Assembly: GCA_016432525.1 (NCBI GenBank)
Contig: CP066693.1
Span: 482,732-546,731 of the forward strand
Length of the DNA stretch: 64,000 nucleotides
Direction of reading: 5' to 3'
DNA from: Candidatus Woesebacteria bacterium
Lineage (GTDB): Bacteria > Patescibacteriota > Microgenomatia > UBA8517
Position 1 is the first letter of the stretch. Each line of letters begins with the position of its first letter. Below, piece after piece: positions 57,174-64,000 of this stretch. Both the position numbers and the translations under genes were made by a program. Below the pieces are notes generated by a model that was not told where the DNA came from, did not search any database, and was given only the letters and a program-made list of their open reading frames with translations.

Positions 57174-57950
57174 TCAAGGGTTGTAAAAACCTAATACAAT
57201 TTTAAAAATATTTAATAAATCATTTATTTTTTTCCAACCAACTATTTTTGTTGGAACTTCTCCCTTAGGATAATTTCGTGTAGTCGGAATCTCTTTTGAT
57301 TTAAGCCCTAATCTGTTAGCACGAGTCGTCATGTAAAATAATAATTCATATCTTTGAAATATATCTCTGAAGGGTTTAACTCCTGGATGAAGTAGATAAT
57401 CTTTACTGTACGCACGAAATGCAAGTGGGGTATCGGTATACCATTTTCCAGCTGCCAGGCTTAAAACCGGTGATATTACAAACCTGTTAAAAAAAATCCT
57501 GTCTGAAGGGGTATTTTTATGTTTTCCTCCTTTCAGAAATCTAGAAGCTTGTGCATAATCACATCCTTCATCTAATGCCTTTATAAATAAAGGAATTGCT
57601 GATACATCATCTTTATTATTACCATCAATTGTAATAATACCCTCATATTTTTGTTTCAAAGCCCAAGCAAGTCCTGCTCGCATCTGAACTGATTGACCTC
57701 TTGGAGTATTTATAACTGCTCGTAATCCTTGTCTTTTCAGAAACGTCTTATTCGTTGAGCCATCAGTGCTTCCTCCATCAACTAATATGATATCAACCAT
57801 TTTGGAATATTTTTTCATTTTCTGGAGTTGATCTTTAATTCTCTTACCTTCATTTAAAACTGGAGTAATAAGGGAATATTTATTTCTTTTTTTAAAAAAT
57901 TCGTTTATTTTATATTCTGGCACTTGCCAAGATTTAGGATCTAATTTCAT
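57174..57950 (-). CDS. GT2 family glycosyltransferase.
   Basis: YSLITPVLNEGKRIKDQLQKM...IILVDGGSTDGS...AGLAWA...IITIDGNNKDD...QASRF. Confidence 0.6.
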   Translation of the reverse strand: MKLDPKSWQVPEYKINEFFKKRNKYSLITPVLNEGKRIKDQLQKMKKYSKMVDIILVDGGSTDGSTNKTFLKRQGLRAVINTPRGQSVQMRAGLAWALKQKYEGIITIDGNNKDDVSAIPLFIKALDEGCDYAQASRFLKGGKHKNTPSDRIFFNRFVISPVLSLAAGKWYTDTPLAFRAYSKDYLLHPGVKPFRDIFQRYELLFYMTTRANRLGLKSKEIPTTRNYPKGEVPTKIVGWKKINDLLNIFKIVLGFYNP

Positions 57951-57965
57951 ATATCAATTCTACCT

Positions 57966-59384
57966 TTATTCTTGTACTAAATGAAGATGTTTACCACTCA
58001 GTGTCTCGGCTAGTAGTTGAACTCCATCACTACCAACTTTTTGCTGCATTATCCTCTTATCCTTGAATGAAGAAACTTTGTTGGGGTGCAACTCATTTAA
58101 TTTTTGTAATCCAGCATACCAAAATGGAACTTCAACTTGCTTTACTTTTAAGCCTTTATGTAATGCCAATACGACACCATAAACTTGTGCGTTCATCCAA
58201 CTATCTAGTATTTTTGGATCTATCTGTTCTCCTCCGGCAGGTTTAAATCTCCTTGTAAATAGTTCAACCACCGCTGGATTGTTTTTGAATGCAATCAATC
58301 CTGAATAAAGATCCAAATCTTCTTCCCCGTCTTTTAATATCCCATTGTTTCGTAGATGCTCATTCATTTGACGATTTGTTTCGTTTTCTATAGTAAATCC
58401 GTAATCTGGATAAGATGCTTCAAATTCTTGTGATCTTCTCTTGCCAACGACTACGTCTGCTTGAGACTGAAGAAGTAATTCAACGTGTGCGGGTATATGT
58501 GTAATTGAGTCAACTTTCTCAGGTTCTATTCTAAAAATGTACTTAACTCCATTGATTTCCGATGCTGCTTCTATCGCTGCCTTTTTTTGTTTGGCAAAGT
58601 TAGACATATCTTTATCATTAACAATAGTGACATTTCTGTATATCTTCAGCTCTTCTAAAAAAGGATTTGAACTTCCAGTATCTGCGATTATAACTCTATA
58701 TCCATGGTGTGCTGCTTCACGAATTAAACCTAAAGCCAGATACCCCCTAGTTCTTGTCTCGTTCGACAAATCAATATTTCCTGGCGTCCAGTCTTTATAT
58801 TGAGTTGCAATACAAACCGCTACTTCATCTGGGTTGAATATTTCTTTTACGTCAGGATTTTTAATAGTTCTTCCTTCTCCTGTTTTGATTCCTCTTGCTG
58901 TTAGAGTTGCTTTCTCGTCTCCTAAATTAGTTGTTTGATGAATTGTGTACGGAGGGATGACAACTTCTTCGCCTGGATTTCTAAGCAGAACGGCTCGCTC
59001 TGTTCTTGTTAATGGATAAAGCAAATCTGCTCTTACCTTTACTCCTCCACTTTCTTTAGGTACACCAATTGTTTCTTCCATTCCTTCGTGAAGTTCTGCT
59101 GTTAACTCTTCTCTTGGACTTAGATCAAATTCTTGAGAAAAAATTTGCTCTCCAATTTGCGCTTCCTTGTTCAAAGGAGCGATCTCTCTTTTGTTTGCGG
59201 AAGCTACTTTATCAATAAGAGAAAAATTTTTCCAAATTGACTGCTCAATGATTTCCTTAGTTCTAGCAGCACTCTCTCTTATTCCTGCTATATTTTCTTG
59301 AAGTCTCCCTGTTCTTTCTATACTCATGGCAGTATGGTAAATGTTATTCCAAAACTTGTCAATGAGCGTATACTTCATTAACAA
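57966..59384 (-). CDS. Hypothetical protein, possibly a divergent GT-A-fold nucleotide-sugar transferase-like enzyme. Its base composition is atypical for the window.
   Basis: 472-aa ORF whose GC content and codon usage are visibly higher than the surrounding AT-rich genes. One segment (KYIFRIEPEKVD...ADVVVGKRRSQEF) loosely resembles the GT2 DxD...DVVxGSR region, but with EPE in place of DxD. No TM helices. The start is uncertain (26-nt overlap with the upstream gene). Confidence 0.35.
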   Translation of the reverse strand: MLMKYTLIDKFWNNIYHTAMSIERTGRLQENIAGIRESAARTKEIIEQSIWKNFSLIDKVASANKREIAPLNKEAQIGEQIFSQEFDLSPREELTAELHEGMEETIGVPKESGGVKVRADLLYPLTRTERAVLLRNPGEEVVIPPYTIHQTTNLGDEKATLTARGIKTGEGRTIKNPDVKEIFNPDEVAVCIATQYKDWTPGNIDLSNETRTRGYLALGLIREAAHHGYRVIIADTGSSNPFLEELKIYRNVTIVNDKDMSNFAKQKKAAIEAASEINGVKYIFRIEPEKVDSITHIPAHVELLLQSQADVVVGKRRSQEFEASYPDYGFTIENETNRQMNEHLRNNGILKDGEEDLDLYSGLIAFKNNPAVVELFTRRFKPAGGEQIDPKILDSWMNAQVYGVVLALHKGLKVKQVEVPFWYAGLQKLNELHPNKVSSFKDKRIMQQKVGSDGVQLLAETLSGKHLHLVQE

Positions 59385-60174
59385 ACTTTAATGTTTTTTC
59401 TATTTGTTCCAAATGTTTAATATCTGGACCAAGAGGCATCTCTATAGATACCCAGTCCTTATAACCTGAATTTTTTAAGGCATTTGATACTTTTTTGTGA
59501 TCTGTTTCCTCAGTCGGAATTGGTTTTAAGCCTGGTTCGCTTATGTGATAATGGTGAGTGTAAGGAAGCGCTTGAATAATTGTTTTAAGATAATTTTCTT
59601 GATTTATAGTCATGGTGCTTGTGTCCAAATGCACACAAAAGTTTGAATTATTTACCTTTTTAACTAATTTAATTGCTTCATCTGTTGTATTTATAAAATC
59701 AGTTCCATAGAGTGGAGGATTTGGTTCAATTCCGAAGTAAATATTACGTTTTCTTGCAATTTTAGAAATTTTCCCAAAAAACTCAATAGAGATTTTTTCT
59801 ACCTCTTTTTTAGATTTACCATTTGTTACTCTATTTTTTGGAGATCCAAAAACCATGGCCTTTGCACCAAGTTTTACTGAAAGCTCAATCATTTTAGATA
59901 AATAGCTAAAAGTTTCGTTTTTTGCTTTTCTATCAGCGAAAATCTGAAGTTCAGGGTGACCAAAAAGTAGGGAAGTAGTAGCAACTATTTCAATCCCATT
60001 TTTTTTCCAAAAATTCTTACACTTATTAATTTTAGCGTCAGTTACTTCAACTGGATCTTGCCAAATTTTTGATGCAGCTATTTCAATGGCATTTATATTA
60101 TATTTTTGAAGTAATTTTAAAACTTTGCTATCTTCTGAGTGGTCCCATGCTAAATTTGAAATTGCAATTTTCAT
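59359..60174 (-). CDS. Sugar phosphate isomerase/epimerase (xylose-isomerase-like TIM barrel).
   Basis: IAISNLAWDHS...NAIEIAASKIW...GAKAMVFGSP...YFGIEPNP...CVHLDTSTM matches the AP_endonuc_2 / xylose isomerase-like TIM barrel motifs. Confidence 0.6.
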   Translation of the reverse strand: MKIAISNLAWDHSEDSKVLKLLQKYNINAIEIAASKIWQDPVEVTDAKINKCKNFWKKNGIEIVATTSLLFGHPELQIFADRKAKNETFSYLSKMIELSVKLGAKAMVFGSPKNRVTNGKSKKEVEKISIEFFGKISKIARKRNIYFGIEPNPPLYGTDFINTTDEAIKLVKKVNNSNFCVHLDTSTMTINQENYLKTIIQALPYTHHYHISEPGLKPIPTEETDHKKVSNALKNSGYKDWVSIEMPLGPDIKHLEQIEKTLKFVNEVYAH

Positions 60175-60950
60175 TTCCCAAGTTTTTTTCTTTCATTGAC
60201 TATAAACTCTTTAATTTCTTTAAGTATTTGGGATCTGTGATAAATATATTCATCTTTTGATCCATACAATTTTCCATATTTAGTTCTAAAATCAAAAACC
60301 AAAGGTGGTTTTTCAGTAATATTTTTAAAATTTACATTAAGTGAATATTTTGCAATTTGGCAGGCTGTTACAGACTCTGTCGCAAAATTGATAAGTTTTA
60401 TTTTATTTTTAATTGCAATTTGAATGTCTCTCCATATATTTTTTAAGTGATAAAACTGCATTAAGGTATCTTTATGCGTAAAATCCAATGCGTTGTCAAA
60501 AATTAAATCATAAATAAAATTCTTTTTTAAACCATCACCGTATAATTGAGGACACCTGATAATTGTCACGTCAGAAAAATTCCTTTTAATAAATAACTCC
60601 ATCTTATATCTATGTTTACCATAGGCCTCTTTTAAGTCCAAAAATTTAATTTTTGTATCTTCATTTATTCCTACTTTGTTTGGATAAACATCAACAGTAG
60701 AAATCAAAATAAACTTCTTTGTATTTACTTTCGAAAGATTATCTAAAAGTTTTTTAATCCCTTTCCAATCATCTTTTGGTTCTTGATTTGCCTTCCATCT
60801 TAAAGCAGAAGTTGCTGCACTAACAATTAAGTCATATTTTTTGCCTTTAATATCTTCAATATTTTTCGAATTATATAAATCGTCAAAATGATACTGTGAA
60901 AGCAAATTCGACCCCACAAATCCCGTGTAACCTATTAGCGCTGATTTCAT
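60171..60950 (-). CDS. NAD(P)-dependent sugar epimerase/reductase-like protein (short, RmlD-like).
   Basis: N-terminal Rossmann motif ALIGYTGFVGSNL. The 259-aa size and ISTVDVYP pattern resemble dTDP-4-dehydrorhamnose reductase-like proteins. It overlaps both neighbours by 4 nt. Confidence 0.45.
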   Translation of the reverse strand: MKSALIGYTGFVGSNLLSQYHFDDLYNSKNIEDIKGKKYDLIVSAATSALRWKANQEPKDDWKGIKKLLDNLSKVNTKKFILISTVDVYPNKVGINEDTKIKFLDLKEAYGKHRYKMELFIKRNFSDVTIIRCPQLYGDGLKKNFIYDLIFDNALDFTHKDTLMQFYHLKNIWRDIQIAIKNKIKLINFATESVTACQIAKYSLNVNFKNITEKPPLVFDFRTKYGKLYGSKDEYIYHRSQILKEIKEFIVNERKKLGK

Positions 60951-61945
60951 ACTATATTAAGAGTCTTTCTTTTAGGCAGAATAGTAGATCTATTAATTTC
61001 CTCCGAAACAAAATAAAAAGGCTCATCTCTTGATTCAATGAGAATTCTAATTACATACTCCGATATTAAGGTAAGTAGAGAAAACAATATAAAAAACAAT
61101 GTTCCAATTACAGTCGAAGTACTAATCCATCCTTGGGGTGCTAAATGTTTCATTCCAAATACTAGTATTAATATTACAACCCCTAAAACATACAAAAGAA
61201 ACAGGAAACTTAAAAATAATCCAAGGAAACTGACTATTCGAATAGGTTTAAAAGAATTTGAAATTATTGTGTCAGCTGTACCCAAAACTACCTCACTTAT
61301 TTTCTGTTTACTTAACTTATATTTATATGTTCGAATTTGTCTGTAGTAAATGATTTGCTTTTTAAAACCTACCAAATAATTTATGTAACTAAAATGTCTA
61401 CTCTTGCGTCTAGTACTAACTATTGAATTTATCACTTTTCTATTTAGTGCCATAGTAAAATTAAACCCATGACGAAAGCCATGGCTAGAAATTTTCTCAG
61501 TTAGCCAAAGAAAAATTTTACTTACAAAATCGTAACTAACAATATCTTTATTGCATTTTGCAACGACTACATCATTACCTTCCTCAATTTTATCTAATAA
61601 GCTAACTACGATTTCAACAGAATCTGTGTAAAGGTTAAAAAGTATAGCGCTATCCCCAATACAGTTATCTAGTCCAGCAGTCAAGGCTATCTCATTGTCA
61701 TACTTTTTTGAAAGAACCAAAATTCTTGTGTAAGGAATGATATTTTTTAATTTTTTTATTTTATCGATAGTATTATCGGAAGAGTTATTATCAACAATCA
61801 AAATCTCATAATTAGTTCTAAGTTTGGATAAAATTTTTTTAATTTCCTTAAGTCTCTTTTCAATAATATCCTCATCGTTATTTGTTACAGCTATCAAAGA
61901 AATTATCTTGTCACTTAACCTTAATTTCCTAGACTTTTTGTCCAT
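60947..61945 (-). CDS. GT2 polyprenol-phosphate glycosyltransferase (GtrB-like) with a C-terminal 2-TM anchor.
   Basis: ISLIAVTNNDEDII...ILIVDNNSSDNT...LTAGLDNCIGDSAILF, then two C-terminal TM helices (IRIVSFLGLFLSFLFLLYVLGVVILILVFG; VIGTLFFILFSLLTLISEYVI). The ATG was confirmed at 61943-61945 (reverse complement). Confidence 0.6.
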   Translation of the reverse strand: MDKKSRKLRLSDKIISLIAVTNNDEDIIEKRLKEIKKILSKLRTNYEILIVDNNSSDNTIDKIKKLKNIIPYTRILVLSKKYDNEIALTAGLDNCIGDSAILFNLYTDSVEIVVSLLDKIEEGNDVVVAKCNKDIVSYDFVSKIFLWLTEKISSHGFRHGFNFTMALNRKVINSIVSTRRKSRHFSYINYLVGFKKQIIYYRQIRTYKYKLSKQKISEVVLGTADTIISNSFKPIRIVSFLGLFLSFLFLLYVLGVVILILVFGMKHLAPQGWISTSTVIGTLFFILFSLLTLISEYVIRILIESRDEPFYFVSEEINRSTILPKRKTLNIV

Positions 61946-61965
61946 TAGCCCCTATTATAGTAAAA

Positions 61966-64000
61966 ATGAGATTAACAGCAAGAGCCATAAGTTTCATTAA
62001 AAAAAATAAAATACTTTTTTTAGTTATTCTAATCGCCATAATCCTTAGATTTGTAGGATTGATGCCAAACATCCTTCACGCGGACGAATCTTATGTACAA
62101 GACCATTCTTGGGATTTGGTTAAAAATTTTATTGTTAGTCGCGACATAAATCCCCATACCTTTAAATATGGAACACTAATGTTTTATTTTCAGACAATTG
62201 GGGCTTTTCCAGTTTTAGTTGGAACCTATCTTTTAGAAATCGCAAATACACTAGTTTCGTCTACATTCACAGCCAAATGGTTAAGATTTGACTTATTTTA
62301 TGGCGAAGCAATACGTAAATATGTTATTCCCTTGGTAACAGTAGGAAGAGCAGAAACCGCTTTTTTTGGAGTAGCAAGTGTAATAGTTGTTTATTTAATT
62401 GGAAAAAAAATGTTCAACAAAAGAGTAGGAATTATCTCAGCTCTTTTCCTGGCAATAGCTCCGCTTCATACTCGGGACTCCCATTATATAACAACCGATG
62501 TTTTATCTGTACTAACCATTCTCCTCGCATTTTTAAGTTTTCTATATCTTTATAAGACCAAAAAATTAAAATGGTTTATTACATCAGGTATTTTGATGGG
62601 AATTTCTGTAACAGTCAGGTATTATCCAATTGCTATTTTTGCTTATCTTTCAGCGATTCTTTATAGCTTCGAAAAACAAAAAAAATGGTTTCGCAATATT
62701 TTGATTAGCTTCTTTTTCGTCTTGGTGGGGGTGTTTATCGGTTTACCATTCCTATTTTTGGATTCTCAAGGGCCCAAACTTTTTATTTCAGATTTACAAA
62801 AATACGCTTTGCCTTGGTACAGCACTCCAATCACCAATTATATTTTTTCTATCTTTGTAAGTATTATTTCGAAAGGTAAGGAAAGTCTCCCCAGTATTCA
62901 CCTTTTATATTCAATGCCGCATTCTTTCAGACCTGTTCATGCAAGTTGGATATTTTTTAACGCTTATGGAATACTTCCCACAATTTTAGCCATATTTGCA
63001 ATGTTTACATTAGCGATTAAATCCTTCAAAAAATTTATATTATTAGCATCTATTCCACTTATCAACTTCTTTTATATAAGCTATCTCATTCCAGCCACAT
63101 ACGAAAGGTTAATTATTCCAACATTGCCATTTCTAGCAATATTTACAGCAATCTGTTTAGAAAACTTATATCTTTTTTTAAAAGAACATTGGAGCAAAAA
63201 AACGACCAAGATAGCATTTCTAGTCTCAATTTTGTTGGTTAGCATATTGCCATTTTCAAAAGCCCTAGAAGCAAGTATTACCTGTAGTCAGGAAACAATT
63301 CAGAATCAAAGCTATGATTGGGTAAATAAAAGTATTCCTGAAAATGTAAATATTGGATATTTAACCATGGTAAGTATTCCTCCTAAAAAATTCGGCTGGG
63401 TTGCTCTCGAACCTGGACAAAAATTATCACTCGAAGAAGCTATGATTAGAAAAAACGACTATGCTTTCATAAACGCATCAAGACTCGACTATAATACATA
63501 TAACTATTTCAACAGTTTTTTTATTCCACCAGATAAAATATTCGAAAATTCCTATTATTCTTTGGTGATATCAGAATACGAATCAAGAGCAAAGGTTTTA
63601 GGTAGAGTTCAAAAACCATGGATGTGTGACGTCTCACGAATTTATTATTATCAGCTACCTCAATTAGCAAAAGAAGCAACAAAACTTATTAAAAATTTTA
63701 ATTTTGATTCCTCTAAAGATCTTGAATCTTGGCATATTACAATTCCAGATAACAGTGGTAAAGCAAATATAAATTTAACATCCGCAACAGGTAAACAAAA
63801 AAACGGATCGCTTATATATTTTCAAGATTCTTTTGCCTATACCGCACCAAGAATAGCAAGTAATAATCAAAAAATCTCTCCAAACAAAACTTACACTTTT
63901 TCTTTTTGGTCAAAAGTAGATAAAAATTCTGACGATCAATCTCCAACCGTAATTGCAAGGATAGATTTTTACAGCAGTATTAAGCCAACTGGATTGGAAA
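61966..64000 (+). CDS. PMT_2/ArnT-like GT-C membrane glycosyltransferase with a C-terminal soluble beta-sandwich-like domain. It is 3'-partial and runs off the window.
   Basis: Not in the supplied ORF track, because no stop codon falls in the window. I translated it by hand from ATG 61966 (MRLTARAISFIKKNKILFLVILIAIILRFVGLMPNILHADESYVQDHSWDLV...) and found no stop through 63999. It has the DE loop motif, about 12 TM segments and then a soluble region (SQETIQNQSYDWVNKSIPENVNIGYL...TYTFSFWSKVDKNSDDQSPTVIARIDFY). Confidence 0.6.
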   Translation, partial: MRLTARAISFIKKNKILFLVILIAIILRFVGLMPNILHADESYVQDHSWDLVKNFIVSRDINPHTFKYGTLMFYFQTIGAFPVLVGTYLLEIANTLVSSTFTAKWLRFDLFYGEAIRKYVIPLVTVGRAETAFFGVASVIVVYLIGKKMFNKRVGIISALFLAIAPLHTRDSHYITTDVLSVLTILLAFLSFLYLYKTKKLKWFITSGILMGISVTVRYYPIAIFAYLSAILYSFEKQKKWFRNILISFFFVLVGVFIGLPFLFLDSQGPKLFISDLQKYALPWYSTPITNYIFSIFVSIISKGKESLPSIHLLYSMPHSFRPVHASWIFFNAYGILPTILAIFAMFTLAIKSFKKFILLASIPLINFFYISYLIPATYERLIIPTLPFLAIFTAICLENLYLFLKEHWSKKTTKIAFLVSILLVSILPFSKALEASITCSQETIQNQSYDWVNKSIPENVNIGYLTMVSIPPKKFGWVALEPGQKLSLEEAMIRKNDYAFINASRLDYNTYNYFNSFFIPPDKIFENSYYSLVISEYESRAKVLGRVQKPWMCDVSRIYYYQLPQLAKEATKLIKNFNFDSSKDLESWHITIPDNSGKANINLTSATGKQKNGSLIYFQDSFAYTAPRIASNNQKISPNKTYTFSFWSKVDKNSDDQSPTVIARIDFYSSIKPTGLE

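Noticed and set aside
57966-59384. The GC-shifted gene as part of a mobile element or genomic island.
   Set aside because: There are no flanking direct or inverted repeats, no tRNA target and no mobility genes. The neighbouring genes overlap it translationally, so it reads as an integrated operon member. Compositional oddity alone is retained as a finding, not a mobile-element call.

Overview
The window is AT-rich (roughly 30% GC by eye), densely coded bacterial DNA that uses TGA as a stop codon. Its gene content is typical of Candidate Phyla Radiation (Microgenomates-like) genomes. Almost the whole window is one large cell-surface or protein glycosylation locus. Bases 1-35507 are a single plus-strand gene train of about 30 genes. 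Many neighbours overlap by 4 nt (ATGA) or have near-zero spacers. The train encodes at least 9 PMT_2/ArnT-like polytopic membrane glycosyltransferases (GT-C fold) with the periplasmic-loop DE motif, and several other GT-C-like membrane proteins, including a YfhO-like one. It also encodes about 9 GT2 and 4 GT4 soluble glycosyltransferases, 2 Wzx-like (MOP-family) flippases and small secreted or membrane proteins with Pro/Thr-rich linkers. The 3' half (35508-64000) holds a minus-strand module of two SAM methyltransferases and a CE4 deacetylase, and two paralogous GT-C proteins with C-terminal beta-sandwich-like tails. Next comes a glycan-decoration cassette: GDP-L-fucose synthase, GT4, a class I methyltransferase, an FkbM methyltransferase and two tandem NodU/CmcH carbamoyltransferases. 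The cassette is followed by an ornithine carbamoyltransferase. A GC-shifted gene of unclear function comes next, then a sugar-phosphate isomerase and epimerase/reductase pair and a GtrB-like GT2. The window ends with another PMT_2-like gene that runs off its 3' edge. I found no rRNA, tRNA, CRISPR array, transposase or integrase. Intergenic space is minimal. The most interesting aspect is the very large expansion and tandem duplication of GT-C enzymes. They sit with three polyprenol-phosphate sugar synthases, flippases, candidate Pro/Thr-rich acceptor proteins and a carbamoylation/methylation/fucosylation cassette. Together these suggest a multi-donor, multi-enzyme extracytoplasmic glycosylation system.
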